From the IMG/VR virus record IMGVR_UViG_3300042402_002641, positions 62,001 through 126,000 of that record: 64,000 nt of DNA; one strand, given 5' to 3'. The position numbers and the translations under genes were made by a program. Within the stretch, counting starts at the first letter, position 1; each line of letters opens with the position of its first letter. The notes beneath the pieces were generated by a model. The model was given only the letters and a program-made list of their open reading frames with translations, did not search any database and was not told the origin of the DNA. Of the stretch, positions 38,194 to 48,720 are shown piece by piece.

Positions 38194-38656
38194 GGATCTG
38201 CTTTTTGTCCCAACCAAGGTTCTCACAGTACTGTTTGATTTCTTGATCTGTGGTGATTTCTGCCAGTGTTTCAATGTCTGCTCGCTTCATGTTAGGAAAA
38301 TGTTCTGCAATAAATTCTTCCTTTTTGTTCTTGCGTGTTTTCAAAGGAATCCATTCGTGGAAGTGTGCTTTCTTAGATTCATGACTGCAGAGACACAGCG
38401 TCTGCCATACTAACTGCGGATGCTGTTGTATGTCTGCCCAATGCTTGTTATAGTATTCATTGACTGTGAGTAGATAGTGTTCTTGCAGTTCTGAGCTTGA
38501 GGATTTAACCGAACTGATATAGCGATTGAGATTCCAGAAATCGCCTTTGATTTCTTTTCGGCCATCGTCTGTGGCCGCATCCCAAAGTTCTTTGACTCCC
38601 ATATCTACTGCAGGAATCATATCTTTGAATAGGTCTACGTGTTTATTTTTTCCCAT
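38177..38656 (-). CDS. Hypothetical protein (possibly clamp-loader small subunit-like)
   Basis: Helical 159 aa in replication block; family assignment weak. Confidence 0.4.
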   Translation of the reverse strand: MGKNKHVDLFKDMIPAVDMGVKELWDAATDDGRKEIKGDFWNLNRYISSVKSSSSELQEHYLLTVNEYYNKHWADIQQHPQLVWQTLCLCSHESKKAHFHEWIPLKTRKNKKEEFIAEHFPNMKRADIETLAEITTDQEIKQYCENLGWDKKQIHGLKL

Positions 38657-38903
38657 GATCTTTGCTTAGATGATATAATATTTTAACACGTTCTATGGCT
38701 TCTTGTAAAGTGGGATTCGTCCGAGATTCTCTTAAAATATCTTTCCATGTATTTTCTAATTCATAATTGATGGTTATATTTTCATTAAACGGATCGATGT
38801 ATTTTCCAATCATCTTTCGTTCTGTCTTGCCTGCTTCTCTAGCATAGATTTCCGTGCCGTTGCGTTCGTAGATATAGGTTGCTCCAGGGGTTAGTGATCC
38901 CAT
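38643..38903 (-). CDS. Hypothetical protein
   Basis: LTPGATYIYER...LQEAIERVKILYHL. Confidence 0.6.
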   Translation of the reverse strand: MGSLTPGATYIYERNGTEIYAREAGKTERKMIGKYIDPFNENITINYELENTWKDILRESRTNPTLQEAIERVKILYHLSKDHGKK

Positions 38904-38904
38904 A

Positions 38905-39639
38905 TTAACTCTTTAATATTTCTTGAGCAATAGTTGAAAACCAACGTTTTCTACTATTGCCTTTGAAATCTAAAAATATCGCAGTTTTACTATAGCCTGC
39001 GGAACTTTTTTTCACACCAAATACAAATTCTTCTGAGTAGTTAAAAAATTTAAATTTTAAACCGCAAGATTCGTGCAATGACGATTGCCCCGGAAGTAGT
39101 CGTGGTAGTTGATATTTTTCCTCTAAAACTGATTGAATACTTATCTGATCACCTAACCAAGATTTTTCTAAAGAAGCTAGTTTATAAAACGCATCGGTTC
39201 TTTCTTGAAAAAAAGATATAATTTTTTCTTTATTTCCAAATTCTGTATTAACTAACACCACAGTGTTATTCACTTCGCCACCGTTCCACAATATACCAAT
39301 ATCAAAATCTTCTTTAAAGAAGTCGTCAAGATTTCCAGATATTAGATGATCGGCACCACATAGAACTATTTTTCCTTCTGATTGTTTGACGAGAGCTAAA
39401 TTAGACAACACTAACGATTCCATGATGTTACAAGATTCTAAATCGGTTCTAAAACTCTCCCCAGATTCTAGTTTTATGTTTGTGGCTGTATCAGTGGCAA
39501 GAATAAATTTTCCGATCGGATTAAATTTTTTAAATGTTTTTTCTAAAGAATAAAGTGCGTTCTCATAGTCAAATTCTTGAGTTAGATTGGGATTAGGGGA
39601 GTCTAAAATATGTTTATAAAAGGCAGCTAGAATTGTCAT
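38905..39639 (-). CDS. Putative glycosyltransferase
   Basis: GADHL, FDIGI, VNNTV, WLGDQ, FKGN. Confidence 0.55.
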   Translation of the reverse strand: MTILAAFYKHILDSPNPNLTQEFDYENALYSLEKTFKKFNPIGKFILATDTATNIKLESGESFRTDLESCNIMESLVLSNLALVKQSEGKIVLCGADHLISGNLDDFFKEDFDIGILWNGGEVNNTVVLVNTEFGNKEKIISFFQERTDAFYKLASLEKSWLGDQISIQSVLEEKYQLPRLLPGQSSLHESCGLKFKFFNYSEEFVFGVKKSSAGYSKTAIFLDFKGNSRKRWFSTIAQEILKS

Positions 39640-40654
39640 GAATTATCTCTATAACAGATTTATAATCTACACCTGGATAGATTGGTAGACTTACTTGTTT
39701 GCTAGATACCCAGTCAGTCACTGGTAAAGAATAAGGTGCTCGATATGCTGTTAGCCTGTGCACCGGAACTGGATAATGCATTTTTAAGTCAAGTTTAGAT
39801 TTAACATCTGCAATCAATTTTTCTCTATCATTAACTAGGATAGGATAGATATGATAACTATGGTTTGAATTCTTAGTCGTTACATATGAAAAATGTTTGT
39901 TATATTCGGCTGCAATTTTTCTTTTTTCTTCTAGAACAGAATCAAAATTCTTTAATTTTATTCTTAAAAATTCAGCTTGTATATTGGCCATTCTGTAATT
40001 ATAACCAACATCGTTGTCGTCCCATTGTCTTACCTTATACATGAATTTATATAAATTTTCATCGTCGGTAACCACGCATCCTGCATCGCCCAGCGCCCCA
40101 AGCCCTTTTCCTGGATAGAAACTAAAAGTTCCTAGATTGCCGAATGTTCCAACATGTTTATTGTTTAATGTAGTACCGTGTGCTTGGCTGCAATCTTCAA
40201 TAACTGGAATATTCTTTTCAGCAGCAATGGCATTGATTAAATCCATTGCTGCGGCATTACCATATATGTGAACTGGCAATATACATTTTGTTTTTGATGT
40301 AACGGCGTTACGAAGACTATCAGGATCCATGGTAAATGTTTCCTTATCAATGTCGACATAAACAGGAGTTGCACCACAATACTTGATTGCTGCCGCAGTA
40401 GCCCTAAAAGTATGTGACACAGTGATAACTTCATCCCCTGGACCTACTCCTAACGATAACAATGCTAGATGTATTGCAGATGTTCCGTTTGACACAGCTA
40501 CGCAATATTTTGCACCGACATAATTGGCAAATTCCTCTTCAAATTTTTCAGTACCAAATACATAGTTACCACTCCTGATAACAGATTCTGATTTTTGAAT
40601 TAACTCATCTAATACACTTTCGTGTATTTCTTTAAAACTGTAAAAAGGGATCAT
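39614..40654 (-). CDS. DegT/DnrJ/EryC1/StrS PLP sugar aminotransferase
   Basis: SNGTSA, GDEVI, EDCSQAHG, SFYPGKGLGALGDAG. Confidence 0.93.
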   Translation of the reverse strand: MIPFYSFKEIHESVLDELIQKSESVIRSGNYVFGTEKFEEEFANYVGAKYCVAVSNGTSAIHLALLSLGVGPGDEVITVSHTFRATAAAIKYCGATPVYVDIDKETFTMDPDSLRNAVTSKTKCILPVHIYGNAAAMDLINAIAAEKNIPVIEDCSQAHGTTLNNKHVGTFGNLGTFSFYPGKGLGALGDAGCVVTDDENLYKFMYKVRQWDDNDVGYNYRMANIQAEFLRIKLKNFDSVLEEKRKIAAEYNKHFSYVTTKNSNHSYHIYPILVNDREKLIADVKSKLDLKMHYPVPVHRLTAYRAPYSLPVTDWVSSKQVSLPIYPGVDYKSVIEIIHDNSSCLL

Positions 40655-41556
40655 AGTACCCACTCCATAATTTTTTTGGCTGTATATATGCTAGTTAGCG
40701 GTTGTGATCTAGATTCTATACATTTTAGAAAATGTGTTCTTCCTGTATATAATGCTTCTGCGGTTCCAACTTTTGGAGCCAACATATCACCTAGTTGATT
40801 AGCGTTGAAATCCGGATTTATTTCTCCGGTAGAATAAATTTTAATTTTGTCAAGATCAATATCGTCGTAGACAACACTGTTCTTATCCCCAGTTAGTATA
40901 ATTTGTCTCTTTTTTACCGGACTAACCCAATTACAATTTGTTGTGGTGGTAAATCCGTTGGTAAATTTTAAATTGACAATTACTTGATTTGCTTTATCAT
41001 TGATATGATTGTTTTTAATGATTGTCCTATCTTTTAATTCTAGATCAGGGTAAAGATAATTTACAATACTTAAATCATGAATGGCAAGATCTAGCAAAGC
41101 ATCAACATCACTTTGAAATAGTCCTAGACTAATTCTAGTGCTATCGTAATATATTGGTTTGCCAATATCAATGTTTTTTAATTGTTCTACAGCAGGATTA
41201 TAGCAAAATGTATGATCAACAAAAATAATATTCTTTGTTTTTTCAGATTCTCTAATAAGATTATTAATCTGATCTAAAGTTTCGCAAGCTGGTTTTTCAA
41301 TCCAGAGATCTTTTCCTTTTGCCAGAGACTGTAAAGCAATATCGTAGTGTGTATTTGCTTTAGTAGCAATTACAACTGCTTTGATTCCCTGGTGTTCTAA
41401 TGCAGATTCCAGTGATGTGTATGTTGTAATTGCAGGATATAAAGATTTTGCAATTTCTAATTTTTTAATATCTGCGTCACATACTGCTGTTAATTCTTTG
41501 CTAAAGTTCCTAGCTAAATTTTTACCCCAATAACCATATCCTACTAATAAAATCAT
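40651..41556 (-). CDS. Gfo/Idh/MocA NAD-dependent sugar oxidoreductase
   Basis: GYGYWG, EKP, DHTF, DLAIHD. Confidence 0.9.
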   Translation of the reverse strand: MILLVGYGYWGKNLARNFSKELTAVCDADIKKLEIAKSLYPAITTYTSLESALEHQGIKAVVIATKANTHYDIALQSLAKGKDLWIEKPACETLDQINNLIRESEKTKNIIFVDHTFCYNPAVEQLKNIDIGKPIYYDSTRISLGLFQSDVDALLDLAIHDLSIVNYLYPDLELKDRTIIKNNHINDKANQVIVNLKFTNGFTTTTNCNWVSPVKKRQIILTGDKNSVVYDDIDLDKIKIYSTGEINPDFNANQLGDMLAPKVGTAEALYTGRTHFLKCIESRSQPLTSIYTAKKIMEWVL

Positions 41557-42248
41557 AAATATTTTCCTTGAGTTGGCCATACCCAGTCTTTTACTATAGT
41601 GCGTTTTGCAATAGTTGTCACTGCTGTTTTTGTCGGAACCGTTTTCCAGGTCATTAATTCGGGTTCTACAACACCATTCCTGCAGGTGTAAGTGGTTTTT
41701 AAAATTTCAAATCCGTTTTGCTGAAAGCCGTCAGTATGAACAATGGTTCCAAAATTCCAGTATCCGTGATTTAACTTGCTTATTGGCGCAGCAGTTATAA
41801 ATATTCCGTCTTTTTTAATAACCGAACAGATATTTTTAAATGCTTGTCCTACGTTAAAACAGTGCTCTAATGTCCCTGTGTCTATAACTAAATCAAATTG
41901 TTCAAAATATATATTTGATATCGGTTCATTTAAATCTACTAATGTTTCAATACCTCGATGAGAGATAAGATCAAAAATCTCAACGTCAAATCCAAAGTGT
42001 TTAAATATCCACAACGGGTCAAAGATTCGTGGCAAAGATGATTTATGCCAGGCTCGAACTGAATCGGCCATCGACTCCTCTGGAATATTTTTCACAAATT
42101 CTTGACCAAATATTGAGATGAGATGTTCCTCATCAACTAAAAAATCAGGATATCCCAAACACAAAACTTTTCGATTTTTTACGGTAGCCGGTAAATGATT
42201 TTTAACAACCTCGATAACGTCGTTGAAATAGCGATTATCTATGCCCAT
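41553..42248 (-). CDS. SAM-dependent methyltransferase-like protein
   Basis: DLNEP, FDLVIDTGTLEHCFN. Confidence 0.7.
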   Translation of the reverse strand: MGIDNRYFNDVIEVVKNHLPATVKNRKVLCLGYPDFLVDEEHLISIFGQEFVKNIPEESMADSVRAWHKSSLPRIFDPLWIFKHFGFDVEIFDLISHRGIETLVDLNEPISNIYFEQFDLVIDTGTLEHCFNVGQAFKNICSVIKKDGIFITAAPISKLNHGYWNFGTIVHTDGFQQNGFEILKTTYTCRNGVVEPELMTWKTVPTKTAVTTIAKRTIVKDWVWPTQGKYL

Positions 42249-42249
42249 T

Positions 42250-42669
42250 TTATTTTAACCTAACAGCAGGATTTCCTACGTATGTTCCAGGCTCTGTAAT
42301 GTTCTTTGTAACTACCGAGCCTGCACCAATAACAACGTCATCACAAATAGTCACAGGTAAAATAGAAGAATTGGACCCAACATACACTTTATTACCTAAT
42401 TTTGTTGGTAAAAATTCTTTAGATAATTTTCTATCAATAAACTTATCATTGATAAACATAACACCGTGACCAATAAAACAATCAGATCCTATCTCAACAG
42501 TTGAGCATATAAAACTATGACTCTGAATCCTAGTACGCTCTCCAATTATTACATCGTTTTGTATTTCAACAAATGGTCCTACAAATACTTCGTTTTGTAA
42601 GGTACATCCGTATAAATTTACAGGTTCGATAATTTTTACGCCGATTCCTTTTGTTACTTCATTGATCAT
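42250..42669 (-). CDS. Hexapeptide-repeat sugar N-acetyltransferase
   Basis: Left-handed beta-helix repeats, IGAGSVVTK, GNPA. Confidence 0.9.
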   Translation of the reverse strand: MINEVTKGIGVKIIEPVNLYGCTLQNEVFVGPFVEIQNDVIIGERTRIQSHSFICSTVEIGSDCFIGHGVMFINDKFIDRKLSKEFLPTKLGNKVYVGSNSSILPVTICDDVVIGAGSVVTKNITEPGTYVGNPAVRLK

Positions 42670-42672
42670 AAA

Positions 42673-43275
42673 TTATCCTAAAAGTTCTATCTCAGCTGTG
42701 ACTGATTTTTTGGCTTCGCTAACAATCTGTATAATTTTGAAACATTCCTCAAGAAATATCTCTCCAGTTTTTTTATTTTTTCTGAGGTCCACAATTATTC
42801 TAGTTCCGCTATGCGAATGTTTTTTAATTAGTGATGCGTAGGTAGAGACAGGATAGTGAAATCCACAAGATAACCAAGAAGTTATTAAATCAAACTTTAT
42901 ATCTGGCAACGTTAAGTTGTTACAGTCTATTAACGTGTAGTCTTTGGTACCTAATTTTTTTAGTTCGTCGTCTAATCTACAGAACGAATTATAATATAAA
43001 AACGTGTCTGCCGATTGATGATAGTTAACATCTTTAGATTTAGCATCCTTAGTCTGATTATTGCTTGCATCGCCGTCAATTAAATACAACGTTGTATTGT
43101 ATTTTACATTAAACATTCTAGATTCCCAAGCTAGTCCGCAGCCGATATCTAATATTGTCATTGGCTGAAATTTGAGATATGAGTCTAATGTATTAAAGTT
43201 GTTTTCTTTTATTTTTTGATAAGCAAAATCTTGCCATTCGTTACTCATCCAGTCTTGCGTAAATCTATCACTCAT
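42673..43275 (-). CDS. Class I SAM methyltransferase
   Basis: ILDIGCGLA, FDLITS. Confidence 0.78.
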   Translation of the reverse strand: MSDRFTQDWMSNEWQDFAYQKIKENNFNTLDSYLKFQPMTILDIGCGLAWESRMFNVKYNTTLYLIDGDASNNQTKDAKSKDVNYHQSADTFLYYNSFCRLDDELKKLGTKDYTLIDCNNLTLPDIKFDLITSWLSCGFHYPVSTYASLIKKHSHSGTRIIVDLRKNKKTGEIFLEECFKIIQIVSEAKKSVTAEIELLG

Positions 43276-43616
43276 TTCGAATATCCTACAGTTTCTCTAG
43301 AAATATCATCATGGTCAAATTCAGCCCAATACAATTCAAATGCAATGCAATCAGTAATTGCTTCAAACTGATGATATTCACCTGGAGCAACTTTTGTATA
43401 TTCACCTGCTCTCAACAAGGTCTCGTCGACTAAATCGTAATTGTTTTTCCACACACGAATGATCATTTCTCCAGACTCTACAAAGAACCCATTCCACTTA
43501 AATTTATGTTTGTGCTTGGAACACACACCACCTGCTGTGGCTTCGATGCGATGAAACTCTAATACACCGTTAGCCTCTAATAACTCTGTTTGACCCCATA
43601 CTTTTCCTGCTTTCAT
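43272..43616 (-). CDS. Cupin-domain protein
   Basis: SKHKH, PGEYHQF. Confidence 0.8.
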   Translation of the reverse strand: MKAGKVWGQTELLEANGVLEFHRIEATAGGVCSKHKHKFKWNGFFVESGEMIIRVWKNNYDLVDETLLRAGEYTKVAPGEYHQFEAITDCIAFELYWAEFDHDDISRETVGYSK

Positions 43617-43648
43617 ATTGCACCTTTTTAATTAACTGAGTATTTATT

Positions 43649-44155
43649 TCAAACTAACTTGTGTAGTTGCACAACTTCACTCTGCCTGCTAACTTCTTTG
43701 ACAAAAAACACACAAGGGGGATTCGGATCGTCATGCAAGGGCACAGTTAGCAACTGTCCGTTTTTCATCTTAGGAAAGTACCAGCGTACATCTTGGAAGA
43801 TGTTTATAATTTCTATGGGTAAAAAATCCGTCTTAAATCCCTTGATAGGATTAAACACCAGTGCATCAAATCCCCGTTCGTTGATACTGGTCAAGGGCAA
43901 TACTTCCGGGTCTAGTCCACATTCCTTATCGCCCACCACCATGCACCAATCTAAAGGCATCTGCACTTCGTGACCACCTATACGCAACAGTATTGCTGGC
44001 GAATTAAATGACTCTAGGAATATTAATGGCATGAAAAAGAAATCTGGTTCTTGAGGATTACTATTGTCTAATACTGAAAATCTAGTATCTTCATCTACTT
44101 CTTCTGGCAGTTCGTTGAGATCAAATGATCTATTGTTTAGTGTAAGTATTTTCAT
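43649..44155 (-). CDS. Hypothetical phage protein
   Basis: 168-aa ORF next to UvsW block. Confidence 0.65.
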   Translation of the reverse strand: MKILTLNNRSFDLNELPEEVDEDTRFSVLDNSNPQEPDFFFMPLIFLESFNSPAILLRIGGHEVQMPLDWCMVVGDKECGLDPEVLPLTSINERGFDALVFNPIKGFKTDFLPIEIINIFQDVRWYFPKMKNGQLLTVPLHDDPNPPCVFFVKEVSRQSEVVQLHKLV

Positions 44156-44793
44156 TTTAATTTTCCTAATATTACGTTTCGGTGATCGACATCCCATGAT
44201 AAAATGTCATACTTAAAATTGATCTTACAGAAATCAATTGCTCTGGTATCACCGTTTTCTTGTTCTACAATCAACAGAGGATTGTATTTCTTAATAGTAT
44301 TAACTGCACCTTGTAAAACATTTAATTCGTAACCGTCCACATCAATTTTAATATAATCAATATCTGAAAAATTAAATTCATCTATAGTGTATAGCTGTTC
44401 ATCATACCACTTTTCTTGCGGTATTTTTCCGGTGGTTATACTTCCGCCACCGCTTACTTTTATAATTTTATGCTCTTCACCTAACGCACATTTAAAATGT
44501 GTAATTTTAGATAGGTCGACATTTTTATGAAATAATTTTCTTCTTCGATAATCAAAACAAAAAACATGATTAAAATCTTTATGAAGATATCTTGTGTATT
44601 CCCCATCTCTACAACCAACATCTATGGCATTTCTTTTTTCTGTAATAAAAGGAAGACTAGCTACCCACGTTTTTTTACAATGGTGATTAGGAAATTCTTG
44701 TATACCATCTGGGCTAAAGAAAAAATCGGTATCGTACAACTCCCAGTTAAATGTATTTTTAGAAAACTGAGTAGGTTCAAAAGGATATATCAT
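44152..44793 (-). CDS. FkbM family methyltransferase
   Basis: AIDVG, IKIDVDGYELNVLQGA. Confidence 0.85.
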   Translation of the reverse strand: MIYPFEPTQFSKNTFNWELYDTDFFFSPDGIQEFPNHHCKKTWVASLPFITEKRNAIDVGCRDGEYTRYLHKDFNHVFCFDYRRRKLFHKNVDLSKITHFKCALGEEHKIIKVSGGGSITTGKIPQEKWYDEQLYTIDEFNFSDIDYIKIDVDGYELNVLQGAVNTIKKYNPLLIVEQENGDTRAIDFCKINFKYDILSWDVDHRNVILGKLK

Positions 44794-46244
44794 ATGTTTA
44801 CCTTGGTTACTGTAAAGGGATATTTGGCCTCTTTGTAATACTTCTTTCTTTCTGTGAGATGTCGTTTAGCGTACTTGCAGGTGGAGGTGATGTCCCAGAT
44901 TTCTACATGATCTTTGTCTTCTGCTTTTCTAATGCCTCGCCCAATGCTTTGTATAACGCGGACAAAGCTCTTTCCGGGCTCAAGAAGAACCAGATTAAAA
45001 ATCCTTGGAATATTAATACCCACAGCGGCCACACCATAAGTCGCCACAATAATCTTGCCATCACTTGTTTTAATTTCATCATACTCTTCCTTGCGGTCGT
45101 CTAGTTTCATACCGCCACTGACAAACACAGCATCGGGAATCAAGGCGATTAATTTGTTTCCTGTGTCAATCCTGTTAATCAACACCAAGGTGTTGCCGCT
45201 AGAGGATATGTTCTTAATTTTATTAGCAATCCACTCTAACCTTGTATCATCTGTGACCAAGAATGTGTATTCATCTTGGAAGGACGTGAACACTTCTACA
45301 TCTGTGGTCTGTAACACATTGATGTTTAATTGTGCCAGAACCCCTTTGTTCTGTAAGTCATGCGCACTCACTTGATTGATCACTGGACCGATACTGGCCA
45401 GTATGCCCTGATATTCCCAGGCTTCCTTAGGAACTGTACCTGTGAGTCCCCATCGTATGGCACAGTTCTTAAAGTTCTGTGTCAGCAGTTTAGTCAGCAC
45501 TTCGGCCTTGGCCTGATGTACCTCGTCTACGATCACTGCTACCACGTCCTCGCAGAATTCTGCCAGAGTCAGTGTGGCTTCGTCATGACTTTTCTTGTCT
45601 AAGATGTTGAGACTCTGCCAGGTACAGATGGTGTGGGTTCGCCCCAGTTCTTTTCTATCACCGAAATATACGCCAACATCTAATCCGAGATTTCGATAGT
45701 CCTCTTCAGTCTGCACTACCAGGCTCTTGTTGGGCACGATGATCATAGTGCGACCATAAGGTTCACATAAATGGCTCAACGTGGCAGTGGTTATAGTCTT
45801 GCCCGCTCCTGTGGCCACTTCTTGCAGGGCCTGTGGATTTTCTAAAAATTTGTTGATGACATCATATTGATAATCACGCAGCACAATGGGCTGACCTGCT
45901 TCGATATGTCCTTGCGGCCATGTTTTGCCCTGATCCGCCCAATAGGTTTCCGACACGGGTTGGAATGAAAATTTATGCAGCGATCTTAGATCTTCAATAT
46001 CTAACTCATAGCCCGAATCTTCGATGATAGGAAGGATCACATCTAGATGTGCGAGATATCCAGTGCCACCAATACCAAAATAGGTTTTAGTGCCATCCCA
46101 CCTGCCTAGTTTATATGCAGGCATGTGTCGAGCATAGGGAAGATCGTATTTTAATTTGTTTACGATCTTGCGACGAGTCTCCACGCTGAGACCTTCAAAT
46201 TTTACGTTGACTTCGTCTCGGATGATCAATTTACAGCTCGACAA
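44790..46244 (-). CDS. uvsW: SF2 DNA helicase, UvsW-like
   Basis: LRDYQ, ATGAGKT, DEVH, GLTGT, QSIGRGIR; probable TTG start. Confidence 0.9.
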   Translation of the reverse strand: MSSCKLIIRDEVNVKFEGLSVETRRKIVNKLKYDLPYARHMPAYKLGRWDGTKTYFGIGGTGYLAHLDVILPIIEDSGYELDIEDLRSLHKFSFQPVSETYWADQGKTWPQGHIEAGQPIVLRDYQYDVINKFLENPQALQEVATGAGKTITTATLSHLCEPYGRTMIIVPNKSLVVQTEEDYRNLGLDVGVYFGDRKELGRTHTICTWQSLNILDKKSHDEATLTLAEFCEDVVAVIVDEVHQAKAEVLTKLLTQNFKNCAIRWGLTGTVPKEAWEYQGILASIGPVINQVSAHDLQNKGVLAQLNINVLQTTDVEVFTSFQDEYTFLVTDDTRLEWIANKIKNISSSGNTLVLINRIDTGNKLIALIPDAVFVSGGMKLDDRKEEYDEIKTSDGKIIVATYGVAAVGINIPRIFNLVLLEPGKSFVRVIQSIGRGIRKAEDKDHVEIWDITSTCKYAKRHLTERKKYYKEAKYPFTVTKVNI

Positions 46245-47421
46245 TTTTTTGTCCTTTGGTTTCTGATGGTTTGATATCTCCAAGGTATATCACGCAAGGA
46301 TGGCTGTTAAACCAATCTCTAGTCATGATATTAGTAGGAGGAAATACATTGTTTGTTACTAACAGTGTAACATCATCTAGATCTTTAAACAACCATTTAG
46401 CTGGCCGCGATTCAAATATCAATAGTTTTCCTGTCTCTACCTTGCCGCCAACACCTGCTAACTTAATCCACTCATTGATGCCTGTGTCGCGATCCTTGTT
46501 ATCTCTAAAACACACCTTGATTTCATCCCTATTGATACCTTGTGCATCAGCGTCTGCCACAAACTGCTGTAACCAGGTCAGTGTGTCTCCGGCTCGATCT
46601 AACACCACTGCGGCCTTGCCTGTGATATTTTTATATAGGTAAAAAAATTTATCGTTGGATCTAATCCAAAAGCTGTTTTCTGCGTGGGCAGCTATTTTTT
46701 CATTGATATTTTTAGGTTGTCCACGATACGAATATCCCATGTGCTTGGCTCTAAGTAAATCTTTATCAGTCTCGCCTACACTGTGAAGATTGAACCACTG
46801 TTCGGCTTCAGCAGTGGCATTTACCAGTTGCACTCTATCATTGATGATATCCGACACTGGTAAAATTTCTTCCTGATTTTGCCAGATTTCTTCTACATCT
46901 GCTAACACATTTATAAAGGTATCATCTATTTCAAAATTATTTCGATTGGCAAATTCGTACAGTGCTATGAGATTGAAATCATAGAGATTCAATCGACGTA
47001 GTTTTTGATCTGCGTCCCAGTTGTTGAATCTGGTACTTGAAAGTTGATACGAATTTATCTGGTCATCAAACTCTTTTTTCAGCTGATAGGGAAATTTCAC
47101 ACAGACCTCAAGTTGGCCGGCAGCAGCTCGTTCTACATAGATTCTTTTAGTAAGGTCCAGTATGCGGAACGGTTGCTTCCACTGAAAATTTTTCACAGAG
47201 CCCGAATAATCTAATCCAGCCATCATGGCTGCGAGTTGATATTTTTCTAGAATTTTCACCACATAGTCAGCTTGATTTTTCGTCAGAGGTTCTTGCTGTA
47301 ATAGCTTTGTATAAAAACTTACCACAGGAGGATGATCCTGATGCTGCACGGTTACTTGACCAGAATCTACCAGTTGAAAAAACAGTTGAAATATATCTTC
47401 TGCGAATAATGATGATGACAT
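46231..47421 (-). CDS. Hypothetical protein
   Basis: 396 aa; TTGACT-17-TATACT-N6-ATG. Confidence 0.65.
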   Translation of the reverse strand: MSSSLFAEDIFQLFFQLVDSGQVTVQHQDHPPVVSFYTKLLQQEPLTKNQADYVVKILEKYQLAAMMAGLDYSGSVKNFQWKQPFRILDLTKRIYVERAAAGQLEVCVKFPYQLKKEFDDQINSYQLSSTRFNNWDADQKLRRLNLYDFNLIALYEFANRNNFEIDDTFINVLADVEEIWQNQEEILPVSDIINDRVQLVNATAEAEQWFNLHSVGETDKDLLRAKHMGYSYRGQPKNINEKIAAHAENSFWIRSNDKFFYLYKNITGKAAVVLDRAGDTLTWLQQFVADADAQGINRDEIKVCFRDNKDRDTGINEWIKLAGVGGKVETGKLLIFESRPAKWLFKDLDDVTLLVTNNVFPPTNIMTRDWFNSHPCVIYLGDIKPSETKGQKIVEL

Positions 47422-47452
47422 TACACTAGTATACGTTGTTGTAATCAGTAAG

Positions 47453-48286
47453 TCAAGTGATTTTTGATATTAATCTGGCTAATGGAATGCCCTGGCTGAT
47501 TTCAACCACGGTCCATTCAGTGTGACACAGCCTCAAAAACCATTCATCTCTATTTGGCATGACTGGAGTTTCTATTTGATCCCAAGTGATAGACAAATCC
47601 GAGGCCAAACTAGTAGAATCACACAGCACAGGTACGCCTTGTATAGCAGCCTGGACTGCAGGACCACTGTTGTGATTGATCACACAGTGATAATTGTAGA
47701 AAATATCAAAATCGTCATAGCTGCCCGATATCAATCGAGGACGTTCTAAGGTCACACCTGGTATATCTACATCAAACAATGATCTAGGATGTGGTCTCAC
47801 TATGATTTTTCGTTGAGATTTAGCCTGTATCTGTTTCACCGTGTTTTCAACCCAGGTTTTCATCGGAGGCATACCTTCCCATTGCAGGCTATGACTGTGT
47901 TGACACGCTATGAGTATGTCTAGCCGTTGATCAGATCTTCTATCTCTCAGATCAACACCTAATTTTTTTGGTCGATCAGCATCGAGATCCGAGTTGTTGG
48001 CAAACTCTCCGAGATTATTGATATGATTCAGTGAAATTCGCCATGTGTGATTTCTACGTAGGTTGCCCACTTCGATGATGATCACTGGTTTTTTGATATT
48101 TCTACACTGATAGTAGACTTCACGGTTTGGACTCATCCTGCCAGACCATAACACTGACCAAATCACTGCTACATCCTCGTGTTCATCGACTATGCTATGA
48201 CCGAGAGACTGTGCTCCTTGTGCAAACGCATCAAAGATTGGTTGGCTGTTCAGGGCACCGTATTGGCGATATAATTTGAAGCGCAT
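47453..48286 (-). CDS. Capsule-polysaccharide-synthesis-like (GT-B-like) protein, paralog 1
   Basis: IIVRPHP, NHNSGPAVQAAIQGVP. Confidence 0.6.
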   Translation of the reverse strand: MRFKLYRQYGALNSQPIFDAFAQGAQSLGHSIVDEHEDVAVIWSVLWSGRMSPNREVYYQCRNIKKPVIIIEVGNLRRNHTWRISLNHINNLGEFANNSDLDADRPKKLGVDLRDRRSDQRLDILIACQHSHSLQWEGMPPMKTWVENTVKQIQAKSQRKIIVRPHPRSLFDVDIPGVTLERPRLISGSYDDFDIFYNYHCVINHNSGPAVQAAIQGVPVLCDSTSLASDLSITWDQIETPVMPNRDEWFLRLCHTEWTVVEISQGIPLARLISKIT

Positions 48287-48321
48287 CTAATATAATAAAT
48301 AACTGTGTATTTAATGAGATT

Positions 48322-48720
48322 ATGGCCAAGTTCGCAAAAAGATTAAGAAAATTATCCGGTTACACAGAAAACGCCTTGGTTGTAGGCACGGCGTTCGGAA
48401 ATCTCGACCAATTATTGGAGATCTATACTAATGTGTTTGTTGTGGATGATGAACCACCATCCGCAAAAGCAAGAAATCTCATCTACAAAGAAAATTTCAA
48501 TGATCTAAATGTGTTGACACAGGTTGGTGCTATATTCATCGACCTAGATAAGATTGATCAATTAGAAATCCTGGAAGATTTTTGGCAAAGGCACAAGTCG
48601 ACTATATTCGTCGAAGGCAACGATTGCATACTTAGACATCTATCTAAGCCATTATTTAAAACAGGGTGGCAGTGTACCAGTTTACAGGGAATTTATCACG
48701 TATGGGAAAAGATAAAATGA
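48322..48720 (+). CDS. Hypothetical protein
   Basis: 132 aa, divergent TAAATA promoter pair at 48296-48313. Confidence 0.6.
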   Translation: MAKFAKRLRKLSGYTENALVVGTAFGNLDQLLEIYTNVFVVDDEPPSAKARNLIYKENFNDLNVLTQVGAIFIDLDKIDQLEILEDFWQRHKSTIFVEGNDCILRHLSKPLFKTGWQCTSLQGIYHVWEKIK